Positions 1-8,774 of a DNA stretch of 64,000 nucleotides are shown here, piece after piece. Numbering within the stretch: position 1 is the stretch's first letter; each line of letters begins with the position of its first letter. The DNA comes from a virus (taxonomy: Duplodnaviria > Heunggongvirae > Uroviricota > Caudoviricetes): the IMG/VR virus record IMGVR_UViG_2565956726_000008; one strand, given 5' to 3'. The notes under the pieces are model-generated. The model ran no database searches. It was not told the origin of the DNA and saw only the letters and a list, made by a program, of their open reading frames with translations. A program made the position numbers and the translations under genes.

Positions 1-98
1 CGCCAAGTGAACAGGCAGCGCCAGATCCGATCATCGCATACTGCCAGGAAGACGTAACCCTGGAAGCGGAAGATTTTATCCGCGTTCGCGTTGCTTAA
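1..98 (+). CDS. 3' end of an upstream phage head gene (partial; product unknown)
   Basis: Reading frame open from window start to TAA at 96-98 (...EDVTLEAEDFIRVRVA*), followed by RBS and the capsid gene; start codon lies outside the window. Confidence 0.35.
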   Translation, partial: PSEQAAPDPIIAYCQEDVTLEAEDFIRVRVA

Positions 99-115
99 TT
101 TAAAAGGGGAAAAAC

Positions 116-1180
116 ATGTACTTTACAAAAGAAAACCTTGCCACCAACGCCCGTATGCAGGGCCATTGGAAAGAACTGTGGGCGCAACGCAATATCTTCA
201 ACGAGCAGCACAACGCCATGATTGCAGCAAATCAGGCAAATATGACCGCTGAAATGTTGACCTGTAACGCCGTCGGCGGCTTCGCAAAAGAATTCTGGAA
301 AGAAATCGATAACCAGATTATCGAACTGAACACCGAAGAAATCGGTATTGAGATCGTAAACGACCTGATGGGTGTGCAAACCGTGCTGCCAGTCGGTAAA
401 ACGCTGAAAATGTACAACGTATCCGGTGACATCAATGATGAAGTTGTGATGTCTATGGATGGTCAAGCGCCACACGGCTTTGATCACACCGAATACGATA
501 GCGATGGCGACCCGATCCCGATGTTCGCGGCTGGTTACGGTGTTAACTGGCGTCTCGCTCAGGGCTTGAATACTGTAGGCATCGACCTTGCCCTGGATAG
601 TCAGCGCCTGAAACTGAAAAAATTCAACAAAGCACGCGTCCAGTTCTACCTGAATGGTAACGATCGCATCGTGGTTGATGGTCATAAAGCTATGGGTATT
701 AAAAACCACAAAAGCACCCAGCAGCTTAAACTAAAAACCGTCGCAAAAGTCGACCTGACTACTGCGGTTTTCGACAAGATCATTGACTTCTTCACCGTTG
801 GTGAGTTCGGCAAGCTGGCTCGCGCCAACTTCGTAGCTAAATACGACGTCATGTGGGTATCGCCTGAGATCATGGCTAACCTGGCCCGTCCACACATCGT
901 CAATGGTGCTGTAGTCGGTAGCGTGCTGAGCGTCATTATGCCGTTCGCTCCGGTTGGTGAGATTCGCCAGAGCTATGCATTGTCCGGCAACGAGTTCATT
1001 GCTTATCAGCGCAGCCGTAGCGTAATTACCCCGCTGGTTGGTATGACTACTGGTGTTGTACCGTTACCGCGCATGATGCCGACTGATAACTACAACTTCC
1101 GCATCATGTCCGCTGAGGGTCTGCAAATCACCCGTGACATGGAAGGTCGTTCAGGAGTGGTCTACGGCAGCAATACCTGA
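116..1180 (+). CDS. phage major capsid protein (prophage A), putative
   Basis: 354-aa ORF with RBS, first complete gene of a head-to-tail structural operon, followed by a strong terminator hairpin as expected for a highly expressed coat gene. Family not identified from memory. Confidence 0.55.
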   Translation: MYFTKENLATNARMQGHWKELWAQRNIFNEQHNAMIAANQANMTAEMLTCNAVGGFAKEFWKEIDNQIIELNTEEIGIEIVNDLMGVQTVLPVGKTLKMYNVSGDINDEVVMSMDGQAPHGFDHTEYDSDGDPIPMFAAGYGVNWRLAQGLNTVGIDLALDSQRLKLKKFNKARVQFYLNGNDRIVVDGHKAMGIKNHKSTQQLKLKTVAKVDLTTAVFDKIIDFFTVGEFGKLARANFVAKYDVMWVSPEIMANLARPHIVNGAVVGSVLSVIMPFAPVGEIRQSYALSGNEFIAYQRSRSVITPLVGMTTGVVPLPRMMPTDNYNFRIMSAEGLQITRDMEGRSGVVYGSNT

Positions 1181-1197
1181 TTGATATGTTTCTGTAG

Positions 1198-1229
1198 CTC
1201 CCCGGCGCAATGCCGGGGATTTTTTTTGT
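1198..1229 (+). terminator. rho-independent terminator after capsid gene
   Basis: GC hairpin ccccggc-gcaat-gccgggg followed by a run of 8 T. Confidence 0.6.
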
Positions 1230-1245
1230 ATGTGGAGAAAACAAA

Positions 1246-1632
1246 ATGGTTACCACACAACAGGCGCGGGAATATCTCGAAAGCCAGGGGATTGAAATAC
1301 CAGACGTGGTTTTATCTTTGCTGGTGGAGCAGGCAAATAGCGTTAATGAATGCCTTGATGCCAATTATCCGTCCTCCACTGCAACATTGATTCAGCTTTA
1401 TCTCATTGGCCTGTTAGGACTCAGCCAGGCTGATAAATACGTTTCCTCGCAGACTGGTCCGAACGGTGCAAGCCAGTCTTACCGCTATGTCGATTTTAAT
1501 AAGCGATGGAAGGCGGCCTATTCGTTGCTTTACTCACTGGACAAACACCATTGTACAGCCGAACTAATTCCACCAGATCCAGAAAACACCGTGCACGCCG
1601 GGCTGTGGATTGGTAAGAGCAGGAGGATGTGA
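1246..1632 (+). CDS. head-tail connector protein (gp6-like), putative
   Basis: 128 aa from internal ATG with RBS (the listed ORF 1210 start lies inside the terminator). N-terminus MVTTQQAREYLESQGIEIPDVVLSLLVEQANSV resembles gp6-type connector/DNA-packaging proteins; position right after capsid gene. Confidence 0.5.
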   Translation: MVTTQQAREYLESQGIEIPDVVLSLLVEQANSVNECLDANYPSSTATLIQLYLIGLLGLSQADKYVSSQTGPNGASQSYRYVDFNKRWKAAYSLLYSLDKHHCTAELIPPDPENTVHAGLWIGKSRRM

Positions 1633-1634
1633 CA

Positions 1635-1820
1635 ATGTGGAACGACCTGACATTACCAAATCCAGTATTGCCGAAACCATTTACCCGCGTGTGGGTTAAA
1701 ACGGATAGCGGACGCCAGGTGGCGGCCTACCTCAATGATGCTGGCTTATGGGTAATTCTTTGCCCGCGCGTGGCGAAAACTCATCCAAAGGTCATTAGCT
1801 GGAGTTACGGCTATGAGTAA
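1635..1820 (+). CDS. hypothetical phage neck-region protein
   Basis: 61-aa ORF whose start overlaps the stop of the previous gene and whose 3' end overlaps the next gene start (translational coupling within the structural operon). Confidence 0.35.
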   Translation: MWNDLTLPNPVLPKPFTRVWVKTDSGRQVAAYLNDAGLWVILCPRVAKTHPKVISWSYGYE

Positions 1821-2181
1821 GATTGCGCGATTCAGTTACAAGGCATTAGCCACCATCTACCCCGTAACGCATGACGACTGGACAAACGCCGACGTATACG
1901 GCGCACCATACCTGATTAACTGCGCATGGGAGCGCACCGACGGCACTGCAACAGACACAAACGGTAATGAGGTTAGCAATACAATAACCGTATTTACCGA
2001 ACTGCTTCATAATATGCAGCCAGTGCAGCGCCCGAAAAACGGCTGGATGATTGCCACTGGCGACACCACTAATATTTCCGACCCGCTGGTGGCTGGGGCC
2101 AACGTTATTACCGGGATCGTTGAATGGGATATGAGCATGTTTAACGACACGCCGGATTATAAGATCGTGACAGGGGGTTAA
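1813..2181 (+). CDS. head closure / head-tail adaptor protein, putative
   Basis: 122-aa ORF, start overlaps previous stop, canonical position in neck gene block. Confidence 0.4.
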   Translation: MSKIARFSYKALATIYPVTHDDWTNADVYGAPYLINCAWERTDGTATDTNGNEVSNTITVFTELLHNMQPVQRPKNGWMIATGDTTNISDPLVAGANVITGIVEWDMSMFNDTPDYKIVTGG

Positions 2182-2183
2182 TC

Positions 2184-2648
2184 ATGCCTATCAAGGGGGT
2201 TAAACGCGTCCGTGAGAGATTAAAGCAGGAACTAAAGGAAATCACCGATAAAAAGACGCACGAAGTTTTATGGCGCGTCGGTATGCTGGCTGGTGGCTTC
2301 GCGGCTAATATGACGCCAGTCGATACGGGCTTCTTAATTAACAGTCAGTTCCAGTACATAGGGAACACGGCGGACGGTATGCAATTACGCCTGGGATATA
2401 CGGCCCGCTACGCTGAATGGGTGCACAATATGCCGGGTACATTAAAAGGCCAGCCGCGCGAAGATTTCGGCAAAACGAATAACCTTTCAGATTTCGGACC
2501 GAAACAGGTAATTAGTTTTGGTGGTGGTACTGGAAAGGGTAATTATTGGGATCCAAATGCGGAGCCTGGATTCTTGCGTAAGGCATTCGAAGATCCTAAC
2601 CACGCCGATGATATTTATAAAGAAATTGTAGAAGGTTACAAAGTATGA
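2184..2648 (+). CDS. HK97 gp10-like neck / tail-completion protein
   Basis: 154-aa ORF; motif ANMTPVDTGFLINSQF resembles the PVDTG-L-S signature of HK97 gp10-family proteins; position. Confidence 0.5.
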   Translation: MPIKGVKRVRERLKQELKEITDKKTHEVLWRVGMLAGGFAANMTPVDTGFLINSQFQYIGNTADGMQLRLGYTARYAEWVHNMPGTLKGQPREDFGKTNNLSDFGPKQVISFGGGTGKGNYWDPNAEPGFLRKAFEDPNHADDIYKEIVEGYKV

Positions 2649-3031
2649 AACGCAGCGAAGTTTACGACGAAATAAGGGATTGGATTCAATCCCACGGATA
2701 CGATGAAGGCTATATTTTGCAGGCCCGTTTCTGGAATGAGCGAAGTAATTCGAATAATGACAGATACATCGTGATCCAGCAAAACGGCGGCGCGGCTGGT
2801 GAGGAAGCAATAACCCGTGATTATTTCCGCATCCTGGTTATTTCAGCGCGTAATGATGCAAATATCAGTGAGGTGGAAGACCTTGCCGATGCCATCCGTC
2901 AAAGTATGTTAACAGAATATAAAACTGATAAAATTACACACATGAAGCCAGTTGGCGCTATTCCTGCAATACAGACAAGAGAAGGGCGCTTTATTTTTAC
3001 CGTAGCCTTTCAAACCATCATATCAAGATAA
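2645..3031 (+). CDS. tail terminator-like protein, putative
   Basis: 128-aa ORF overlapping previous stop (ATGA), directly upstream of the tail tube gene. Confidence 0.35.
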   Translation: MKRSEVYDEIRDWIQSHGYDEGYILQARFWNERSNSNNDRYIVIQQNGGAAGEEAITRDYFRILVISARNDANISEVEDLADAIRQSMLTEYKTDKITHMKPVGAIPAIQTREGRFIFTVAFQTIISR

Positions 3032-3044
3032 GAGGTAAATTAAC

Positions 3045-3521
3045 ATGTCTCAGACTTGCGAAAAAGGCACGTTTACAGGCCGTGACGTTGCTGTATTCTT
3101 CGCTATCGCTTGTCCAAATGCGAAGCCGGAAGTTGGAGCGTACAAAGCGTTAGGCATGATGCGTGGTAAAACACTTTCCGTTGAATGGGAAACCGCTGAC
3201 GCCACCGCCGATAAATCAGCCGATTACACGAAAGAATCAATGGTTACTTACAAATCCGTTTCTTTCTCCGGCGACGGTGTGTCCCGCACTGAAGAAATCC
3301 ATAATCAGAAAGCGCTGAAACGCCACGTAATTACGCCAGGTGAAACCACCGGATCACAACCTTATGTATGGCTGAAGATCGTTTCTCCTGTAGACGTAAC
3401 TGAAGGCCCATTCCTTTGCACTTCCTTTAAAGAAGAAGATCCGCATGATGATGTTTCCACCTGGTCTATTGAGTGCGAAAGCGCTGGCAAGGTAACGGTA
3501 GGCGACGTTCCGCCAGCATAA
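3045..3521 (+). CDS. major tail (tube) protein, putative
   Basis: 158-aa ORF with RBS, followed by its own terminator hairpin; position between neck genes and chaperone/tape-measure genes. Confidence 0.5.
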   Translation: MSQTCEKGTFTGRDVAVFFAIACPNAKPEVGAYKALGMMRGKTLSVEWETADATADKSADYTKESMVTYKSVSFSGDGVSRTEEIHNQKALKRHVITPGETTGSQPYVWLKIVSPVDVTEGPFLCTSFKEEDPHDDVSTWSIECESAGKVTVGDVPPA

Positions 3522-3538
3522 CAGCCAATATTAACAAT

Positions 3539-3563
3539 CGGGGCCATTTGGCCCCTTTTCTTT
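3539..3563 (+). terminator. rho-independent terminator after tail tube gene
   Basis: Hairpin cggggccatttggcccc followed by TTTTCTTTT. Confidence 0.5.
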
Positions 3564-3567
3564 TAAG

Positions 3568-4254
3568 GTGAATACTATGATCCATGTTCGTACAGGACAA
3601 TTTGCTGCCGTGGTGAACGGTAAGCGCTATGAGTTTAATCCTTGCTTTGCTGCGATGGCTAAAATCGGCAACGATAGTGAGCTTGTCGAATATTTCGCAC
3701 TTATCCACGGCGGCAAATATCCATCACGATTGCCAGCAGATCCAGACCTCCGCAATCGCATTATGGCGCGGTGTTATGGTGAGATAGTACAAACGTCAAT
3801 GCGCATCCTGAAATGTTGCTCAGACGACGAAATAGCCCCGTTATTGGGTGAATGTAGGTCAACTTCTTCCGGCAAGTTACGACTAAAACCCGGACTGATG
3901 CCGACCAGTGACGTTATCACGCTGGCACAACATTGCATGTACCACGGTTTAATCGGTGACGGGCCAGAAGAAGACGCCGGAGAGATCCGGGAAGGGGAAT
4001 ATAAGCCGACTTTTAACGTGCTGGAATTCGTTTATTCTGCCGTAGCTCACCTGGGATTATCTGAATCAGAAGCGTGGAATATGACAATGACCGGATATAG
4101 GGCCGCTGTACGCGCTAAAACGCCGCCAGAAGCAAGAAACAAACAAAAACGCCCAAATGTATTGCTGGATAAAAAGGCTTATGACGATGGAATGAATGGT
4201 GCTATGGAGATACTAAAAAGAATGAAAAATCGCGAGCAAGAAAAAACCCGGTAG
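3568..4254 (+). CDS. tail assembly chaperone-like protein (G/GT position), putative
   Basis: 228-aa ORF (alternative start MIHV at 3577) between tail tube and tape measure genes; no frameshift signal recognised here, so assignment is positional only. Confidence 0.3.
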   Translation: MNTMIHVRTGQFAAVVNGKRYEFNPCFAAMAKIGNDSELVEYFALIHGGKYPSRLPADPDLRNRIMARCYGEIVQTSMRILKCCSDDEIAPLLGECRSTSSGKLRLKPGLMPTSDVITLAQHCMYHGLIGDGPEEDAGEIREGEYKPTFNVLEFVYSAVAHLGLSESEAWNMTMTGYRAAVRAKTPPEARNKQKRPNVLLDKKAYDDGMNGAMEILKRMKNREQEKTR

Positions 4255-4269
4255 ATCCGGGCGTTTTTG
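4241..4269. terminator. bidirectional terminator between convergent genes
   Basis: aaaaaa-cccgg-tagat-ccggg-cgttttt: short hairpin flanked by an A-run and a T-run, lying between the + strand chaperone gene and the - strand cassette. Confidence 0.45.
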
Positions 4270-4279
4270 TTAAGTTCGC

Positions 4280-4600
4280 TTATGCTATTTTTTCGTAAAG
4301 CACATTCATCTGGGTGCGAATCACTGTTAATATATTGATTGCTGCGTTCTTATTAATGCGTTTATTCGCTACTATTTTTGTTTTCCCATCAATAACAACC
4401 AGATCTGCGTGCAATACATGGTTGAAGTTGACAATGTAATAATACTGTTTATCGCCAACATGTTGAACATATGCACCATTTAGATTTCCTTTATACCCAC
4501 AATCACGCTCTGCGACACCGAAGTCAAATTCGCGGTTCATCTTGCGATTATATGCTACTTGTTTATGTTCCCATTTTCTCATCCATTCATCGCGTTTCAT
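4280..4600 (-). CDS. hypothetical protein (moron cassette 1, distal gene)
   Basis: 106-aa minus-strand ORF 9 nt downstream of the lipoprotein gene, antisense to the tail operon; no family recognised. Confidence 0.45.
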   Translation of the reverse strand: MKRDEWMRKWEHKQVAYNRKMNREFDFGVAERDCGYKGNLNGAYVQHVGDKQYYYIVNFNHVLHADLVVIDGKTKIVANKRINKNAAINILTVIRTQMNVLYEKIA

Positions 4601-4609
4601 GTTTCACCC

Positions 4610-5269
4610 TTAATTCCAGTTGCAAGCGTTTTTCACTTTGTCGATGTGGTTATAAAGACCATCAATGTTAAACACTGCTTTCTCAATGTCGCCAGCTTCC
4701 GGCACTGCTTCAATGATAAATTGTTTTTCGTTAACCAGTTTTTTAATCATTGGGATGGCTTTTTTGCCGTCCCATAATCCAAGAGCTTTATAATTAGTTG
4801 ACCGCCACCACTCAGTAGCTACAGCTTTGTGATCGCCGATCCGGTAGTTAATATAAGTAGTGTCCCCAGCGTCAGTTACATGGTTTGACCATGCTACGAA
4901 CATTTTTGTTTTATTACCCTGGCAAGCGATTGTTAATACAGGTTTGTTTTCATCCCGTGCTTTCAGTGTAGGGAAAGCATCAAGACTTCCGCTGAAATGT
5001 TCTGCTTTCACGAAAAGGAACACGTTTTTTGTGTCCTGCATATCATCTTTTCTTTCGACCACAAGCCACTGTTTACCAGCTTTTTCTTTTGCTAACTGTG
5101 CCTCATATGCGGCTTGTTTTGCTTGTTGTTCTGCAAGCCATTTAGCATTTTTCTCTGCTAATGCTTGTTGTTCTTGAGTGGTCACTATAGGCGCTTTTTC
5201 ATTATCCTCATTGCAACCAACCAGACCCAATACCGCCGCAATCATTGCCACTTTTGCTAACCGTTTCAT
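4610..5269 (-). CDS. lipoprotein (moron cassette 1), function unknown
   Basis: 219-aa ORF; N-terminus MKRLAKVAMIAAVLGLVGC has a signal peptide and lipobox (LVGC); GGTGGG Shine-Dalgarno upstream. Confidence 0.6.
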   Translation of the reverse strand: MKRLAKVAMIAAVLGLVGCNEDNEKAPIVTTQEQQALAEKNAKWLAEQQAKQAAYEAQLAKEKAGKQWLVVERKDDMQDTKNVFLFVKAEHFSGSLDAFPTLKARDENKPVLTIACQGNKTKMFVAWSNHVTDAGDTTYINYRIGDHKAVATEWWRSTNYKALGLWDGKKAIPMIKKLVNEKQFIIEAVPEAGDIEKAVFNIDGLYNHIDKVKNACNWN

Positions 5270-5315
5270 AACCCACCACGCTAACTTGATTTACTGACCA
5301 TTCCCTTTGGCTTCT

Positions 5316-5357
5316 TTATACAAAATGGAGTCGTTGAAGTAAAGCCATTTTGTATAA
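5316..5357. promoter_or_regulatory. 13-bp perfect inverted repeat in divergent intergenic region
   Basis: ttatacaaaatgg (5316-5328) and ccattttgtataa (5345-5357) are exact reverse complements, between the divergent lipoprotein gene and tape measure gene; TATAAA -10-like element at 5353-5358. Confidence 0.35.
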
Positions 5358-5396
5358 AATAGATACACAGATCACATTTTTGCATGAGGTTAAATC

Positions 5397-7739
5397 ATGG
5401 ATACCAGTGTAGGTACAATTTATTACGAAGTTGATGCGAAAACTAGTCAACTTCTCGTTGCACAACGACAGGCAGACCAGGCCTTTGGGCGTATAGAGCG
5501 CGGCGCAAAACAGGCTGACCGCCAGGTAAACACCCTGAAAACATCCATCAAGGCACTGACCAGGGTTATCCATTTGCTAATTGCTGCGGAGGCCGTGCGT
5601 CAATTCATGGATATGGCGGAGCAAGCAAAAATGCTTCGCGTAAAAATCAAAATGCTTACGGGCGATGCGGAGTCCGCCGGACGGGTTTTTGATGGCCTGA
5701 AAGCAATATCAAAAGAAACAGGCCAAAGCATGAAGGATACCGGGGATCTGTGGCAAGGCTTAGCTATCTCACTGAAGAACACGTCCGCCACTGAAGGGCA
5801 ATTGCTTAACCTGGTAGGTACGATTCAGAAAATGGGGGCATTAGGCGGCGCGTCAGCGGAACAGATGTCTAACTCAATGCGTCAATTCCGTCAGTCTATC
5901 GACGGCGGTGTTCTTCGTGCCGAAGAATTTAACAGCCTGCTTGAAAATACGCCGACCATCGTACAAACAATGGCCCGCCATATGGGATTATCAATGGGCC
6001 AGTTCCGCGCCGAAATGCTGGACGGCAAGATCACGGCTGAAAGGATGGTTAACGCAATACAGGCGGCTACGCAGGAAACAAACGATAAGTTTGCTCAGTT
6101 GCCGCGCACATCCGGCATGGCTATCAATGAGCTTAAAGTAGAAATTATGGGCCTTGTTGAGCAGTTGGATGATCTTTTTGGCGTGTCAGATGGCGTTGTT
6201 TCAGCTATCGACTTGATCACGAAAGGCGTTAAAGGGCTTGGCGATGGCGCTAAATTCGCTAAAACCTGCTTCGACACACTCAAAACGGCTGGTAGCGAAT
6301 TTATCGACATGTTTGATGATGTGGCTGTTAAGGCTGGAGAGGTGGCAGAGAAGATCATCGCAATGGTGACGCCAATCAAGGCGCTAATGGATGGCTATAA
6401 ATGGATGAAGGAGGTAGTAGGAGAGCAAACCGACGAATATAACAGCAACTACGAGAAGAAATACGGGAAGACCGTTGGCAAGGTCATGCAACTACAGGAT
6501 GATCTGACCGCAGCAATCCAGGCTACAGAAGAAGCAAGGAAAAATGAACAGAATGCTGCCAATGACGGAGCGATTACCGGATTCGACAAGCCAGTAGACA
6601 AGCCGAAAAAACAGAAAAAAGAGAAGAAATCGGAAGCTGATCGGCTTGGTGACAAAGGTATAAGCGTTTCTGATCAGTACAACAAAGACGCCGCCGCCAT
6701 GCGCAAAGCGTTGGAGAACGGCAAGGCCATTGATGCTGCATTTGCCCAGGGTAAAATCACGCTCCTTGAGTACCGCGCCGCGCAAAAAGGGATCGGCAAG
6801 GAACTGAAAGAAGAATTAGCACAAATTCCGGTAGATGAATTGCGTGATAAATGGTCACAAATAGTAAGCCCGATGGATCAGCTAAAAGGCGAAGTTGACC
6901 CCATCCAGCAGGCGCAAAATGAATGGGCCATCCGTAAGCAAATGCTTATAGACCTGGGCGCTACTGAAGCGCAACAGAAACAGGAATTGTTAGCCTATGA
7001 GCAACAGATCCGCGATCTGAAATGGGAACAATGGCAGGCGCAAAGCGACACAAACGGCCTTATCGGTGATTGTGTTAATGGCCTTAAAGGCGGAATGAGT
7101 AATGCGCTTGTTGGCCTGTTAAACGGCACTCAATCATTGAGTGATGTTTTTGCTAACTTAGGAAGCAATATACTCGGCAATATCGGTAACAGACTCTCAG
7201 ACATAGCTGCAAACTGGATAGCAGATCAGATCATGATGGAGACACAAAGCAAGGCCACGCAAACAAGTACAACAGCAAGCGCGGTAGCAGCTCAGGGAAG
7301 CATTGCTGCGGCGGCGGCCCCAGCAGCGGCGGCAACTGCGGCGTCAACTGGCGGTAGCTGGGCGGCGGCTGGTTCGGCGGCGCTCACTGCGATCATGTCG
7401 CTGGCTACGTCAATTTTCGGCGGCGGTCGCTTTAATGGTGGTAGCGTCATTGGTGGTAATATGTACCGCGTAGGGGAACACAACAGGCCGGAGCTATTCC
7501 AGACATCTAACGGCAATCAATATATGATCCCTGGCGAGAACGGCAGAGTTATTCCGGGCCGTGATATTGGCGGCGGTGGCGGTATTAGTATGCCTGTCAG
7601 TATCAGCATTCAGACCACGAACGGATTCAGCGACGAAGACAGCCGCAGACTTGAATTAACAATGGAACGTGTAGCCATGAAAATGATAACAAGGGAATCT
7701 CAAAGACCAGGCGGAATGTTGCAACCTCGCCGCAAATAA
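5397..7739 (+). CDS. tail tape measure protein (prophage A)
   Basis: 780-aa ORF, long predicted coiled-coil N-terminal part, Ala/Gly-rich C-terminal segment (AAAAPAAAATAASTGGSWAAAGSAALTA), position upstream of M-L-K-I-J. Confidence 0.8.
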   Translation: MDTSVGTIYYEVDAKTSQLLVAQRQADQAFGRIERGAKQADRQVNTLKTSIKALTRVIHLLIAAEAVRQFMDMAEQAKMLRVKIKMLTGDAESAGRVFDGLKAISKETGQSMKDTGDLWQGLAISLKNTSATEGQLLNLVGTIQKMGALGGASAEQMSNSMRQFRQSIDGGVLRAEEFNSLLENTPTIVQTMARHMGLSMGQFRAEMLDGKITAERMVNAIQAATQETNDKFAQLPRTSGMAINELKVEIMGLVEQLDDLFGVSDGVVSAIDLITKGVKGLGDGAKFAKTCFDTLKTAGSEFIDMFDDVAVKAGEVAEKIIAMVTPIKALMDGYKWMKEVVGEQTDEYNSNYEKKYGKTVGKVMQLQDDLTAAIQATEEARKNEQNAANDGAITGFDKPVDKPKKQKKEKKSEADRLGDKGISVSDQYNKDAAAMRKALENGKAIDAAFAQGKITLLEYRAAQKGIGKELKEELAQIPVDELRDKWSQIVSPMDQLKGEVDPIQQAQNEWAIRKQMLIDLGATEAQQKQELLAYEQQIRDLKWEQWQAQSDTNGLIGDCVNGLKGGMSNALVGLLNGTQSLSDVFANLGSNILGNIGNRLSDIAANWIADQIMMETQSKATQTSTTASAVAAQGSIAAAAAPAAAATAASTGGSWAAAGSAALTAIMSLATSIFGGGRFNGGSVIGGNMYRVGEHNRPELFQTSNGNQYMIPGENGRVIPGRDIGGGGGISMPVSISIQTTNGFSDEDSRRLELTMERVAMKMITRESQRPGGMLQPRRK

Positions 7740-7745
7740 ACTAAA

Positions 7746-7775
7746 TCCCGGTGCAATGCCGGGGTTATTTTTCGT
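7746..7775 (+). terminator. rho-independent terminator after tape measure gene
   Basis: cccggtgcaatgccgggg hairpin followed by TTATTTTT; near-identical hairpin sequence to the terminator at 1198-1229. Confidence 0.55.
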
Positions 7776-7825
7776 ATTTATAAACGACCATTCCGCGCGA
7801 TATATCCCCTTTCGAATATCTCGAC

Positions 7826-8080
7826 TCACTTATGAGTGCCTTTCACGCCACATAACTTGTTATAGGCATGGTGCTCAACAATTAACCAAACCTTCAAATC
7901 TTCGCTAAACAGCCTCCAATCAAGATTGATATCCATTTTGTATCCGTAACCGTCGCGTAACTTTTTGGGGTAAACTTCTTTTCTCAGAAAGGCTTTAAGT
8001 AATTCCTTACCTTTCTTGATGATCCGGTCCTGTGCGTTTTTCTGTGCTTTCAGATTTCTGTCAATCGCTACCAGTTTCAT
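7826..8080 (-). CDS. hypothetical protein, possible RelE/YoeB-like toxin (moron cassette 2, distal gene)
   Basis: 84-aa minus-strand ORF; loose resemblance to YoeB/RelE-type toxins (QDRIIKKGKELLK; DWRLFSEDLKVWLIVEHHAY). Assignment is weak. Confidence 0.35.
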   Translation of the reverse strand: MKLVAIDRNLKAQKNAQDRIIKKGKELLKAFLRKEVYPKKLRDGYGYKMDINLDWRLFSEDLKVWLIVEHHAYNKLCGVKGTHK

Positions 8081-8097
8081 AACTCACCCCATCATCC

Positions 8098-8253
8098 TTA
8101 GTTAAGTGCCTTCAGGAAGAAGTCCCGGTATTCATCTTCTTTCGCATTCATCATGAATTGACCGTATTTGAATGCGTCGTCGAAACCCTTAACGATTGCT
8201 ATTTCCACTTGTTCGAATGCGTTATTTAGCATTACTACTACATAGCGTTTCAT
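8098..8253 (-). CDS. small hypothetical protein (moron cassette 2, proximal gene; candidate antitoxin)
   Basis: 51-aa ORF not in the provided track (below 60 aa); ATG at 8251-8253 preceded by GGAGG at correct spacing; stop 17 nt upstream of the 84-aa gene start. Confidence 0.4.
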   Translation of the reverse strand: MKRYVVVMLNNAFEQVEIAIVKGFDDAFKYGQFMMNAKEDEYRDFFLKALN

Positions 8254-8420
8254 TTTGGGCCTCCTTCGTTGGTACTACTTTCTTCTTGCTTTCTATATAC
8301 ATCTTGTTGCGTGCTATGTGAAGCCATTTTGTAAACTAGCTATAATCATTGTGACAATGATCTTATTTTTCGCGTAGAAGCGCGTAAAGATATATACAAA
8401 ATGTAACTTGTGGGGGTTTT

Positions 8421-8774
8421 ATGCCGGAAGTGTTCAGATGGACGCCGCAAAGAAGCTACAGCGTGACCAGGAAGCCAGACGTATCTGTTGTTAAGCTGGG
8501 CGATGGTTATGAGCAAAGACAGGTAAAAGGTATCAATCCATTGCTTGATAGCTACACCCTGGTGTTTAAAGGCAGTAGCGCCGGATGTGGTGATGGTGGA
8601 AACGTAGCAATCCAGGCGGAAGCATTCTTGAGGGCGCGCGGCGCGGTCGAGGCTTTTTACTGGTCGCCGTCAATGGATAACGTGCAAAGGCTTTTTGTCT
8701 GTCGGCAATGGAGCATGACTAAAGACGGGCCTTTGTACACGCTAAACGCAACGTTTGAGCAAGTTGTTGGCTAA
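8421..8774 (+). CDS. minor tail protein M (lambda gpM homolog, divergent)
   Basis: 117 aa; shares lambda M hallmarks (FRWTP..., KLGDGYEQR, C-terminal FEQVVG). Confidence 0.8.
   Translation: MPEVFRWTPQRSYSVTRKPDVSVVKLGDGYEQRQVKGINPLLDSYTLVFKGSSAGCGDGGNVAIQAEAFLRARGAVEAFYWSPSMDNVQRLFVCRQWSMTKDGPLYTLNATFEQVVG

Noticed and set aside
95-709. 204-aa minus-strand ORF antisense to the capsid gene
   Set aside because: Completely overlaps the well-supported plus-strand capsid CDS, lacks RBS context, and is typical of spurious antisense frames.
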